A DNA stretch of 62,378 nucleotides from an uncultured bacterium (GTDB taxonomy: Bacteria; Babelota; Babeliae; Babelales; RVW-14), in NCBI GenBank assembly GCA_963759805.1, contig CAVXAT010000009.1, forward strand, positions 1 through 62,378, given 5' to 3'. Shown here piece after piece: positions 1 through 10,009 of the stretch. The position numbers were made by a program, and so were the translations under genes. Under the pieces are notes generated by a model, which was not told the DNA's origin, did no database searches, and worked only from the letters and a program-made list of their open reading frames with translations. The first letter of the stretch is position 1; every line of letters begins with the position of its first letter.

Positions 1-25
1 GAATCCTCAATTTCTTGCGAGATAG

Positions 26-697
26 CTTTTTAATTTTACGTCAGGTAGAGCTTCTTTAAAAACTTTCTTTATTAAAGAGCTTGAAGGTACCTTATTTTTT
101 GAAAATCTGCATGATAAGGACGAGTTTAAAAAATTCTTGGATATTAAAAAACAGGTAAAGCAGAGGATTACACTGCAAAATGTTGTTATAAACACTAAGC
201 TAACAGGTTTCTTTATAAAGGATTCAGCGTCTATAACGATCTCATTTGAATTTATGGGAAAGCCTTGGTTTTTAAGTTACTCTGCCAAAAATCTCAATCC
301 TCAACCACCAGTTCCCCCAACAAACAAAGATCAATTCTTGTGGAAATTTAAAGAGTCCAAGAAGGGCAGCCACGAGGGCAATCTTAATTTTTATGGACTA
401 ACATACTTGGCAAAATTAAATCTTGTTGAATATCAGGCTCAGTTATTCGTACTTCGAGATCTTTTTAAAAGACAAACTAAACCACTTAAAGAATTTCTTA
501 TAGACCTTGACCCCGCAGAGATTATGCGTGCTATTGAAGAATCTCCTGAAATTACACAATCTGAGTGGGAAAGATTTGAACAACAAACAAATCTACGATT
601 AAAGCTTAAGCATCTAAAAAACTCGTTAACTAAACTAAAACAAAAACTTGAACTATTAAGCTCGAAATTAACACAATTGAAAGTCAAATTAACTTAA
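26..697 (+). CDS. Hypothetical protein with C-terminal Leu/Lys coiled-coil tail; probably the 3' part of a longer gene interrupted by an in-frame TAG at 23-25
   Basis: Frame is open from 26 to 697. Upstream codons 2-22 (NPQFLAR) are in the same frame before the TAG. Tail reads LKLKLKHLKNSLTKLKQKLELLSSKLTQLKVKLT. Confidence 0.6.
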   Translation, partial: LFNFTSGRASLKTFFIKELEGTLFFENLHDKDEFKKFLDIKKQVKQRITLQNVVINTKLTGFFIKDSASITISFEFMGKPWFLSYSAKNLNPQPPVPPTNKDQFLWKFKESKKGSHEGNLNFYGLTYLAKLNLVEYQAQLFVLRDLFKRQTKPLKEFLIDLDPAEIMRAIEESPEITQSEWERFEQQTNLRLKLKHLKNSLTKLKQKLELLSSKLTQLKVKLT

Positions 698-2022
698 TTT
701 GTGTAATAACAACTGAAACCATCGATAAGGCCAATATCATTAAAATCAATTTCACTGAAGCCATCATTTTTTTCCTTTTCAAGAAGACAATCATGGCAAT
801 AGCATGTATGACCGGAACAAGAATCAATAAGATCTTCAAGGCTTGTAGGTTGTTCGCTTCTAGCTCTGTCCAAAAAATATACGATGTTTTGATCATTATA
901 CCCAATTGAACTTAGTAGCCCGTAAATACATGAAATATCTAAGAAACTGTAATTAACATTTTGGTACGAATAAGCTCTTGAAAAAAACATTCCTGCAATA
1001 AATAAATCTTTACGCAGTAGGCTATTATCATGCTCGCTAAACAATGAATCAAGCTGATCCTGTAAATCAGCATTAGCGTAACAATCTTTAAATCCATTCC
1101 AAATGAGGTTATGAACTTTATCTTCAGAATTTAGTCTGATGTATCTGATTATATTTGCTAGATCATATAAATATAAGTAACCATTTTTACATGCGTGTGA
1201 ATCATTGCTGGTAAATTCTTTAAAGATAAGCATTCCTATCACAAGAGCGCCAATTAATTTGCAACTTTGAGTATCGCTTAATACGTATTTTTGTATTTTT
1301 TCTGTTGTGCAAAATCGATTCGTATTATTACAGATTAATTTGCTATAGAACTTATGAAATTCATCATCATAACTAAATGGACTACCCAGTTCACTGTATT
1401 CCTGCATAAACTTTAAGCCTACATCAAAGAATTCAGGGTACTTTGTAAGTCTGGTGCAGATTTTCAATAAATCCTTGTTGAAATTGTAGTTGCATGATTC
1501 CAGCGTTAAATGGTTTATATCCTCGATAACGTCTTTAATTCCAGTATTGCAGTCAATTGCAGTATTGCAACGATTTATAAAGTCCATGAAAGCTATTTTG
1601 TCTTTATCTAATGGATTGCAAATGACACTGGTTTGCCCTGCATGCACATCTTTGCACAAATTTAAAAATTTTTCTCTTTTCGATTCATCTGAAAACAAAA
1701 CCCTTACTAAACTAAAGTCCTTGTTATCAACCCAATCTTTTGATTTGTAATTAAACAGCATGTAATTAATAAAATTCGCAGCAGTTTCTTTTTGAGTTGA
1801 ACTACCAGATTTTAAAATTTCCTTAAGAACATCCTCTAGGCAATCCACATAAGAACCATTAGGCATGTTAGTTGGGACAGTTAATTCAGATAAAAAAAAC
1901 CTCGCCGTTATTCCTTGTTGAACAGCTTTATCTTCGAAATTGCTTTGGTTAGCACATATAGGTGCGCTTACTACAATGCAAATAAAAAAAATTGAATAAA
2001 TTAAAGATCTAACCAATTGCAT
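694..2022 (-). CDS. Hypothetical exported Cys-rich protein
   Basis: 442-aa ORF, hydrophobic N-terminal signal-like segment, GGGG RBS upstream, no recognised motif. Confidence 0.75.
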   Translation of the reverse strand: MQLVRSLIYSIFFICIVVSAPICANQSNFEDKAVQQGITARFFLSELTVPTNMPNGSYVDCLEDVLKEILKSGSSTQKETAANFINYMLFNYKSKDWVDNKDFSLVRVLFSDESKREKFLNLCKDVHAGQTSVICNPLDKDKIAFMDFINRCNTAIDCNTGIKDVIEDINHLTLESCNYNFNKDLLKICTRLTKYPEFFDVGLKFMQEYSELGSPFSYDDEFHKFYSKLICNNTNRFCTTEKIQKYVLSDTQSCKLIGALVIGMLIFKEFTSNDSHACKNGYLYLYDLANIIRYIRLNSEDKVHNLIWNGFKDCYANADLQDQLDSLFSEHDNSLLRKDLFIAGMFFSRAYSYQNVNYSFLDISCIYGLLSSIGYNDQNIVYFLDRARSEQPTSLEDLIDSCSGHTCYCHDCLLEKEKNDGFSEIDFNDIGLIDGFSCYYTN

Positions 2023-2168
2023 ATCAATGCCCCTAAATTTATAAATTTTATCTTCGACCTGCGTATTTTTAGCTCAGGTTTTCAGCTTATTAATTTGCTA
2101 AGTTTAAAGTAGCAAATTGGCTTAAATAAGCAAAAATATCGAATTTAATTGGATAAAACCCGATTTTA

Positions 2169-2684
2169 CTAATTTTTATATTGACTATGAGTCATAATCA
2201 ATGCAGGGCCCCAAGGAGCCTGGTATACGCCAAGTTGCTTGAACCCAACCTTCTCGTAGCATCTTATTGCTACAGAATTTGTTGGGTCAGGATCAACAAT
2301 AATGGTAATACTTGGATCCTTTGCGATAAGATCATCAACAAATTGTTTTATAAAAAGTGGTCCGAATCCTTTATAAAGATAATCCGGTTCACCAATAAAC
2401 TGATCAATGCCGATAACATTTCCATCGCTGGGTAATTTCGGTAGCCATGAATGTGTCGCTTTATCAACACTGTAGCTTTGAATATATCCGATGGGTAAAT
2501 CATTGAGTAAAACGATGTATGGCTTTTTTATTCCCGCACGAATTCGCTCCAGAAAAGATTTGAAAAAATCTTCCTGCTCTTCTGGTACCGGCCACCATAG
2601 GTCAACATGCGGTTTTTTAAACCAGGTGTGCAACAATGGTAGATCATTTTCTTCAACAGGTTTAAAAGTGAACGTATATTCCAT
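2169..2684 (-). CDS. GNAT N-acetyltransferase, AAC(6')-Ib / Acetyltransf_8-like
   Basis: Motifs DLPLLHTWF..PHV..WW, PIGYIQSY, GIDQFIGE....KGFG, VDPDPTN..AIRCYEKVGF. Start moved to ATG 2684 behind a GAGGT RBS. Confidence 0.85.
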   Translation of the reverse strand: MEYTFTFKPVEENDLPLLHTWFKKPHVDLWWPVPEEQEDFFKSFLERIRAGIKKPYIVLLNDLPIGYIQSYSVDKATHSWLPKLPSDGNVIGIDQFIGEPDYLYKGFGPLFIKQFVDDLIAKDPSITIIVDPDPTNSVAIRCYEKVGFKQLGVYQAPWGPALIMTHSQYKN

Positions 2685-2694
2685 TTCTACCTCT

Positions 2695-3168
2695 TTAGAA
2701 CCATCCGTATTCGCCATAAAATTTTCCATTTTTAATATCATCCAAAGCCAACTTGTTTAAATGGAAGATATTGCTTGGTAGTCTATCAATTTCAAACCAC
2801 GCAAGCTCTGAATGTTTGTGCGGCTCAAGGTTTGTAGGTTCACCGTTCCAATGCGATACTTCCATAAAATAAAGCATGAGTATTTGAGTAGTTTGATTGG
2901 TCTTGGCAACATACTTTTCTCGTAAGCGCAGCATGTGAACGATGGACAAATCATTTTCAGCAATTTCAATTCCAATCTCTTCTGCAGCTTCACGACAAGC
3001 TGCTCGTCTAACCGTTTCATTGTGTTCTACCGTTCCACCAGGCAAGGCAAAACAGCCAAAAGCAATTTTGCCTGGAATATTTCTTTTAAAAAGCAGAATC
3101 TTACCGTCTTTTTTCAAAATAAGTGTTGCACCTGTAACAATTTTACATGAATCTAAATTCATAGACAT
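2695..3168 (-). CDS. NUDIX hydrolase
   Basis: Nudix box PGGTVEHNETVRRAACREAAEEIG and a NLEPHKH..LAWF motif. Confidence 0.92.
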   Translation of the reverse strand: MSMNLDSCKIVTGATLILKKDGKILLFKRNIPGKIAFGCFALPGGTVEHNETVRRAACREAAEEIGIEIAENDLSIVHMLRLREKYVAKTNQTTQILMLYFMEVSHWNGEPTNLEPHKHSELAWFEIDRLPSNIFHLNKLALDDIKNGKFYGEYGWF

Positions 3169-3199
3169 GATGTACCTCTAGAATTTTTAGTGTTTTGTT

Positions 3200-3326
3200 C
3201 TACCGTTTATCTTTTATTTCATTTATAAATCTTGTTATATTTTTATCAAGTTCCGATGAATAATCATACCCAATGCTGCTCTGCTACTTGTGTCACAGCT
3301 TAACGAAAAAGATCTATTGTTTCCAG
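3200..3326 (-). pseudogene. Possible C-terminal remnant of an aminoglycoside 6-adenylyltransferase (AadK/ANT(6)-like)
   Basis: Manual translation LETIDLFR*AVTQVAEQ/(frameshift)GYDYSSELDKNITRFINEIKDKR* resembles the ANT(6) C-terminal pattern as I recall it (LFR.LA.EVAE.LGY.Y..E.D.N.T). Confidence 0.45.
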
Positions 3327-3352
3327 ATATCCACAGCAAAAATTCTTACTCA

Positions 3353-4933
3353 TTAGTTACGGATCTTCAACCGACCGTCAGCTGCTGGACAAATAGTTGC
3401 ATATTGATCAAAGTACTTCATAAGAACATCTTTTTCAGTTAAGCCAGTATTATTTTTATCTTTAATTGATTTAAACATATAAAATTGGGCACGCTGAAGA
3501 GACTCATCTATCATCATGCTGTTAATAATGATGTCATATTCATGATTATCATCCAGAGGATAAAACTGTTTATCTTGCGGCTCAACATCAGCATTAACAA
3601 TCCTGCATCCATCCTGCTTACAGCCTATTACCATTCCCTCATCATTTACATCTGGAACAAGAGCTGGCTTGGACAAATCGATAGTATATCGCAATCCAGA
3701 GACATGTAACAAATTCTTTGGATTTCTTGTTATATCTTCAACTCCAAGTTCAAGCGCCTGCCGAATCTGAGCCCCTGTTGCTTTTAATCGGATTAAAAAA
3801 TCGTTATCAAATGAAAATAAATTATCCATATCACGTTCTGTAAGGTCTCCTGGCGGTAAAATCTCTTCACCACTGATACTTCTTGCATTGATTAGTACAA
3901 TATCTGCAACCAAATAATCACGTATTGCATCTGCAACAAAGTTTGCAAAGCCATTTTCCTGTTTACGAATGGCCTGTTTTGTTGTATCGATCGGACAGAG
4001 CGTTTTAACAACAACTTTAGGCTGAGGAAGTTGCATTTTGTACAATTGGAGTTGCTCTTCTAGCTGCTGATCTTGTGGGACGCTGGAATTTACTTCCAAT
4101 AAATCGCATTCGAATTTTAAATGACCATTTTCTTTTGGCCACAACTTGATCATGCCAAGAGTTCTGCCCTTATCACCGGGATGACTAATGACCGTTTTGT
4201 TATGATCAGGCTTTTGAACAACGACCTCGCAACCTCGTTTGGTAGCAGTATGTGTATGTCCGCCACAAATAAGATCTATCCCATTTACCTGTTCTGCAAG
4301 TTTCTGATCTTCATCTATACCTATGTGCGAAAGAAGAATAACAAAGTCAACTTGATCAACAGTCCTAAGCTCATCAACAGCTTGCTGCATACAACCATAA
4401 AAATCAGGCTCCATTTCAATTGCCTCTTGGATAAATGAATAAACTTTAGCCTTAACAATTTCTGGGGTTAATGCACCAAGAATCCCTATTTTATAACCGT
4501 TTTTATCAATGATCAGTTTTTTTAAAATATGACAAGATAAGTTTGATAATTTAATATTTGTTACAATTACTGGAAACGAACAGGCCTGCAAACTTTTATC
4601 TGCTTGCTCTACTCCAAAATCAAATTCATGATTTCCTATGGTACTTGCATCGATAGGCAAAGCATTCAAAAAGTCTGCTATTGCTTTCCCTCCAAATGCT
4701 AAAAAATATGTACCTCTATTAAAGTCTTCGATAAAAAAATCACCCGAACCAAACACCAATACTTTTTCTGGATAAAGTTTTTTAATGTTATTGATATGTC
4801 CCGCTATACGAGGAATACCACCAACTTGTTGTAATGTGTTATTATGTCCCCATGAGTATGTTGGTTCTAACTGACCGTGCAAATCGGATATTGTTAAAAC
4901 GATCAAGGCTGGATCAGATTTTTTGTTAGGCAT
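3353..4933 (-). CDS. Bifunctional metallophosphatase / 5'-nucleotidase (UshA-like)
   Basis: Metallophosphoesterase motifs SDLHG, SGD, GNHEFD, LSHIG, GGHTH, followed by a 5'-nucleotidase C-terminal domain (VSGLRYTID). Confidence 0.9.
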   Translation of the reverse strand: MPNKKSDPALIVLTISDLHGQLEPTYSWGHNNTLQQVGGIPRIAGHINNIKKLYPEKVLVFGSGDFFIEDFNRGTYFLAFGGKAIADFLNALPIDASTIGNHEFDFGVEQADKSLQACSFPVIVTNIKLSNLSCHILKKLIIDKNGYKIGILGALTPEIVKAKVYSFIQEAIEMEPDFYGCMQQAVDELRTVDQVDFVILLSHIGIDEDQKLAEQVNGIDLICGGHTHTATKRGCEVVVQKPDHNKTVISHPGDKGRTLGMIKLWPKENGHLKFECDLLEVNSSVPQDQQLEEQLQLYKMQLPQPKVVVKTLCPIDTTKQAIRKQENGFANFVADAIRDYLVADIVLINARSISGEEILPPGDLTERDMDNLFSFDNDFLIRLKATGAQIRQALELGVEDITRNPKNLLHVSGLRYTIDLSKPALVPDVNDEGMVIGCKQDGCRIVNADVEPQDKQFYPLDDNHEYDIIINSMMIDESLQRAQFYMFKSIKDKNNTGLTEKDVLMKYFDQYATICPAADGRLKIRN

Positions 4934-4950
4934 CTCTAAAACCTTATTTT

Positions 4951-6321
4951 TTACTTACTCAATGTCGTTTTCAAGAATTCTAAAACCCCCGCCCAAGCAA
5001 GTTTATCTGCACTAGCATTACCAAGAGCCGTTCCACCCACAGTCATCCAAGATTTTGCTACTTGATGATAATAAGGCCGTCCAGGCGTTGGTCCATATGG
5101 ATTCTGCACTCCATGACCCGCATCTGGAAACTGGAGATGTTTTCTTACGATTGTAGATTTTTTCTTATCCAGCCGTTTCATGACGAGATTGCTGAATAAT
5201 GTTGAAGGCCACATTTTGTCATCTTCCTAGAGATAAGTAGCATTGGGCACGCGATTTTTTCCACCGGAATTGTTGCGGCTTCAATATTTTGGCTAAATTT
5301 TTTCATTAGATATAAAAAAATTAGAAGTGTTTTCTTCAGGATCTTCAAATGTTCCCTTGTGATTAGGAATAAGACCTTGCTTGGCAGCTTCAAGCATCTC
5401 TTCATCAGAAGGTCTTTTTATAAAAGGGATTGGCTGACCTTTGTAGGTCCAAGCTGACTTATCTCCATCCGACATTCCTGCCCAAACTATCCCACTTGGT
5501 ACGTACGCAATGACAGCTTGCATCTCCTGCGGAAATGTGGCGGCCAGAAGGAGAACCAATTCACCACCTCTAGAACGACCTGAAATCGCCACACGATTTT
5601 TATCTACCTGTGGCTGTTTTTTAAACCATTGCATTGCATTTTCAAAGTATTCCAGTGGGATGTTTTCCAAATTTTTAGGAAGACCTTCTACTCGAAAAAA
5701 TCCTAATGCAAGTACTGCATATCCATGTGATGCAAGAAGTTGTGCAAAATCTTCAGGAATTCTGCCACCCGATCCACCAACAACAATAATACCTGGGCCA
5801 TTTTTAATATTCTTTGGATAAAATAAAGTTCCAACAATACCCTCTTCTCGAATTTCTCTTTTTTCTACATCAGGTGAAACTGGCAACCTGTGTATAGTTT
5901 TTTTTGCAAGAAGTTTATCTTTTGAGAAAACAGATAATTCGATTTCATATGTATTCAATGCACCAGTTCTTTGCAAAACTTCTTTATCAGCAGGAGCAAT
6001 CGACCAGACTAATCCCATCGGATCAATCCCCTTATAGGATCCTTCAATAGGTGCTTGCTTGGCTACATTTATTATACCCTTGTCATCGGTCTGAAATGTT
6101 GCACGTGAAGTCCAGGCATTGTTGTCTTTATCTTTACATGAGGCTTCAATTATAATTTGTTGATTGGCTGGAAGATTTGAAATCACAATCTCAACTGATT
6201 CATCAACTAATGGATGTTCAGGTGTAACGACAATTTTAGGGGTGCCTTTCAGCCAAAAGAATAGAACACTCAATAAAATTATTGTGCTCAATAATAGTGC
6301 TGCATTAAATATCTTTTTCAT
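4951..6321 (-). pseudogene. Acyl-CoA thioesterase / BAAT-family alpha/beta hydrolase, split by two frameshifts
   Basis: BAAT N-domain, nucleophile GRSRGG, and IPVEKIACPMLLIS, EDDKMWPS and PDAGH spread over three consecutive ORF pieces (5293-6321, 5178-5405, 4951-5214). Confidence 0.85.
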
Positions 6322-6337
6322 AAGATAGTCCTTTGTC

Positions 6338-7843
6338 TTAATAGATTTTCTCAGCTACCTGATCGGTTCCAACTTGATGTAAAATTAATTGGACCGTCTT
6401 GCCATTCTTGTCTTTAACAAATGATATTTGCCTGTCAGCAACTGTGTAGAAAAATTTTGTTTCTGCTTCTGGATAAATAGGATACGCCGGCTGATTAGCT
6501 ACCTGTACCCACAACACGTTTTCATCTTGTTTGATCGTTAAGATCATTTCGCCTAACCGATATTGACCAACGTATGCATCCAAAAGAGTAGAATCTATTT
6601 CTATTCTTCTGTGTTTAGGATGATGGTCTGGGATATAAAAATCAAAATCTTCTTTATTAGCAGCGTGCTGAACGGCTGCAGGGTATTCATCAGCTTGCCC
6701 TTTTAGGTGTTTATTAAAAAATGTGATTATACATTCCGTTATTACATCAAGTATTTCTGGGGCTTCCATGATAGTGTTAGCCTTAGGGGTACTTACATCA
6801 CCTGATTTCCCAAAAATCTTTTCAAAAAATTCGTTTACTATTGGAACATCAATAAATGCAATGTGATTGGCACATTCAACAACAATCTGCATCGTGTCTT
6901 TTCCATTCTCTCGACAAAACTGTTCGATTGAACCGTTAAAATTGTCTTTCGTTACACCCACTGCTTGTAATAAATCCTTTTGAGACTCAAGAACACCACT
7001 CATGTCTGCATAAAAATTTGACGTTCGAATAAATAAAAATGGTTTATGGAATGGCTTGGTTGCATTGATACCCCATAACGGCGCATCTAAGTTTATACCG
7101 GCTTTAATGCGTACATCGCGTCTGCATGTTTGGGCCGTCATGATACCACCGAGGGAATGTCCGATCATGCCGATATTTTTAAAATCACAAACGCTAGTCA
7201 GTGGGACAAAATTTCCTGCCATGGCCTGATTAAGCATGAACTCAATATCAGCGAAACATTCTTCGATTACCGTGCAAACTCCAGCATTTCTTGTTGCGGT
7301 AATCTCACGACCGTCGGCAAATCGTATCATGGACGTTATATATGTATGCATAACCATGACAACAACATATCCATGGCTTGCGATCTCCTCGCAGAAAAAC
7401 GAATATGAGCCGAGCGGGGCACTGTAACCATGAGCAAAAATCACAACAGGATATGGAGCGTTCTGTTTGCAAACAGGTGCATCAGTAATTGCATGCGTAC
7501 GAATACCATCAAGCAGTTGCAACTTTTCTGCGGCAACTCCCTGTTGAGCAAAAGCTTTTTTGTACCATTCACGCGCTTCGTAGGCATATGGTGCAGTTTC
7601 TTTTCCTGGCTTACTATCTGACGGATACCATACCTGCGCCACAAGCTCTCTGGGCTTGCTTGTTTCTGGATCATTGCGTGTTAAATCAGTCAGTTCAAAA
7701 AGCTTGGTGCCAACAGCATATTTACCTGATGGTTGTGGAAAAATAAATTTTGGCATCGCTTGTCCTTTCCTCATAATAATAAAAATAAGGCTTAATAAAA
7801 TAAATGTACCAAACAGAAAGGCAATAACGAATTTTTTTGTCAT
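6338..7843 (-). CDS. PAF-acetylhydrolase-like alpha/beta hydrolase with C-terminal DUF3471-like domain and N-terminal anchor
   Basis: PQPSGKYAVG, RELVAQVWYP, PVVIFAHG, GHSLGG, GINLD; tail LDAYVGQY...ETKFF...QISFVKD. Confidence 0.85.
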   Translation of the reverse strand: MTKKFVIAFLFGTFILLSLIFIIMRKGQAMPKFIFPQPSGKYAVGTKLFELTDLTRNDPETSKPRELVAQVWYPSDSKPGKETAPYAYEAREWYKKAFAQQGVAAEKLQLLDGIRTHAITDAPVCKQNAPYPVVIFAHGYSAPLGSYSFFCEEIASHGYVVVMVMHTYITSMIRFADGREITATRNAGVCTVIEECFADIEFMLNQAMAGNFVPLTSVCDFKNIGMIGHSLGGIMTAQTCRRDVRIKAGINLDAPLWGINATKPFHKPFLFIRTSNFYADMSGVLESQKDLLQAVGVTKDNFNGSIEQFCRENGKDTMQIVVECANHIAFIDVPIVNEFFEKIFGKSGDVSTPKANTIMEAPEILDVITECIITFFNKHLKGQADEYPAAVQHAANKEDFDFYIPDHHPKHRRIEIDSTLLDAYVGQYRLGEMILTIKQDENVLWVQVANQPAYPIYPEAETKFFYTVADRQISFVKDKNGKTVQLILHQVGTDQVAEKIY

Positions 7844-7893
7844 AGAACCTTTTTATATTTTTAAGTTTTTTAAATATCTTCAATGTTAATCGC

Positions 7894-7942
7894 AAACCGA
7901 ATAGAATGCAAAACTATAGTGGTTATGCCTTCTATTCGGTTT
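7894..7942. terminator. Long inverted repeat (terminator or RNA-processing hairpin)
   Basis: AAACCGAATAGAA...TTCTATTCGGTTT perfect 13-bp arms between two co-oriented genes. Confidence 0.5.
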
Positions 7943-7986
7943 ATTTATAATGTGATCAAGTCAATGATTGCCAATATAATGCAACG

Positions 7987-8907
7987 TTAATTTGAGTCTA
8001 TCAAACTGGCAGCAGTTTTCTGCAAGATATCTGCCTGATCTACATTGTACTCCAGATATATCCAATGTTTTTTATTGATAGGCATGTGTGGTTCTGGAGT
8101 AGGATTATTGTCTGGCGTAAACCCCCAATTTTGATATGCCCTAAGAGCTGTTCCATTTGTTACACGAGTGCTTAATGGTATATGATTTATCTCTGGAACA
8201 ATTTTAAAAATCGAGCTCATAAGGATCTTGCCCAGGCCACGATTTTGTTCGGATGGAGCAATGCCTATACCTGATGCTTTAACGTCGCCATAAGCGAAAT
8301 TTGGCGTTATATGAAAGGCTATATATCCAAGAAGCTTCTTAGTCTTCTCATCTTTAGCAAGAACAAAACAATGAACATCATTAACACCAAAATTTGAATA
8401 ATCCATCAACTGAATTCCAGTTAAAATGGAATGCATTTTTTCTTCAACTAGTGACCAATCTGATGCCTTCAAACCATTTTTAAATATCGTCCAATCGGCA
8501 GCCACGGGACCACTTTTAAAAATTGGTTCAAATGATGCACAATATTCATCGTGCAGCTCTGGATGTGTTTTTAAAAATTGTACTTCAACCGGTGTAAAAG
8601 CAGATACAACAATGCTACAGATTTCCTTCATCAACACTGAAAAATTAGGAGATCGAACATCGGTATTTGTCCATTCAAGTGTGACTGGAACGCCTGATTT
8701 ATCTATGGCTGAAAGGTGCCCACTTTTCTGTGTAGCCGTAACATTTTTCACATGTTGCAGCCACACAGAAGTTTGAGGCGCAACATCTTTTGGATTACTC
8801 ATTTTTTTATTACTTTCGACATTATTAGCTTTTTTTATACAACTACTAAACAACATCATTCCCATGTAAGTGCAAAGCACAAATGTAATTCGATTAGCGC
8901 AAAACAT
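7987..8907 (-). CDS. GNAT N-acetyltransferase with lipoprotein-like signal peptide
   Basis: Acetyl-CoA motif IAPSEQNRGLGKILM and N.TALRAYQNWGF; N-terminal LFSSC lipobox-like segment. Confidence 0.85.
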   Translation of the reverse strand: MFCANRITFVLCTYMGMMLFSSCIKKANNVESNKKMSNPKDVAPQTSVWLQHVKNVTATQKSGHLSAIDKSGVPVTLEWTNTDVRSPNFSVLMKEICSIVVSAFTPVEVQFLKTHPELHDEYCASFEPIFKSGPVAADWTIFKNGLKASDWSLVEEKMHSILTGIQLMDYSNFGVNDVHCFVLAKDEKTKKLLGYIAFHITPNFAYGDVKASGIGIAPSEQNRGLGKILMSSIFKIVPEINHIPLSTRVTNGTALRAYQNWGFTPDNNPTPEPHMPINKKHWIYLEYNVDQADILQKTAASLIDSN

Positions 8908-10009
8908 TTTGAACCCAATCTAACATAGTTTTTAATACCACTGGCGCGATCGTTTCTTTAATAGTCCCATATTCAGCCAATGCCCCGGTTTTACAAGTCT
9001 GGAGAGAGTGATTTAGATTTGGAAATTCAACTGCTGTTACATCACAATTTCCAGCAACTTTACAAGTGTCAGTGATAATAGAAATTGAAGGTTTCGACGA
9101 TGTAATCCAATCATGATCTCCATAAAGTGCCAACATAGGAACTTTAATTTGTGCAAGGAAACTTTCTGGCTTGCAACCAATAAAATAACGATACCATGGT
9201 GAATTGTAAACATTGACCATGCCCTCAATTTTGGCCTGAGTAATCGCAAATGGAATCTTCTCAGATTCAAGCTTTAACTGCTCCGGCAGATTGTTGCAAT
9301 AATCGTGCAAAATTGTTTCTAGCTTAACCTTGGATTCTTCAGAGCTTGATTGATTTACTATTGTAAGCATCTGTGTGCGCAACTTATGATCTTGATCAAG
9401 AAGCTCTTGGCTTGCACCATCAGCTTTCAATTGTTTGCCAGTCTGGATAACTAGTCCATCAATGTCTGCTTGAACAACTCCGGCCATGAGAACAACAAAA
9501 GCAACGTCAGTGGATTCCGCAGCAATCATGCTTGAGATCATACCACCCTCGCTATGTCCGATTAATCCAATTTTAGTTGAATCAATATCTTTGCGAGCCT
9601 TTACGTACTCAATTCCAGCAAGAACATCATCGGCAAAATCTCGACTTGTAGCGCTATCATAATCACCGGTTGATTTACCAACCCCGCGTTTATCAAATCT
9701 CAGTACAGCAATTCCATTCTGCGTCAGATATTCTGCGAGAACAAAGAACCGCTTATGCCCCATCAACGTATAATCACGATCGTTAGGACCATATCCAGGC
9801 ACTAAAATTACTGTCGCTTCGGGCTTTTTATTAATCGGAGTTGTTAGTGTTCCGGAAATTGTTATTCCAGCCTTGTGGCTCTGATAACTAACATCTTCTG
9901 ATTTAATCAACATTTCATTTCTTTCAGTTTTTTCAGATAAACAAATATTCATTAAAAATATACCCATACATAGACACAAACCAAGGGCTATGCGATTAGC
10001 ATATAACAT
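8894..10009 (-). CDS. Exported alpha/beta-fold hydrolase (serine aminopeptidase/Hydrolase_4-like)
   Basis: GYGPNDRD, LRFDKRGVGKS, nucleophile GHSEGG, G.HD, FPNLNH. Confidence 0.9.
   Translation of the reverse strand: MLYANRIALGLCLCMGIFLMNICLSEKTERNEMLIKSEDVSYQSHKAGITISGTLTTPINKKPEATVILVPGYGPNDRDYTLMGHKRFFVLAEYLTQNGIAVLRFDKRGVGKSTGDYDSATSRDFADDVLAGIEYVKARKDIDSTKIGLIGHSEGGMISSMIAAESTDVAFVVLMAGVVQADIDGLVIQTGKQLKADGASQELLDQDHKLRTQMLTIVNQSSSEESKVKLETILHDYCNNLPEQLKLESEKIPFAITQAKIEGMVNVYNSPWYRYFIGCKPESFLAQIKVPMLALYGDHDWITSSKPSISIITDTCKVAGNCDVTAVEFPNLNHSLQTCKTGALAEYGTIKETIAPVVLKTMLDWVQNVLR

Noticed and set aside
2169..10009. Integron cassette array
   Set aside because: No tyrosine integrase (IntI) is present, and I found no repeated attC-like RYYYAAC...GTTRRRY sites. 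Several genes overlap or nearly abut.
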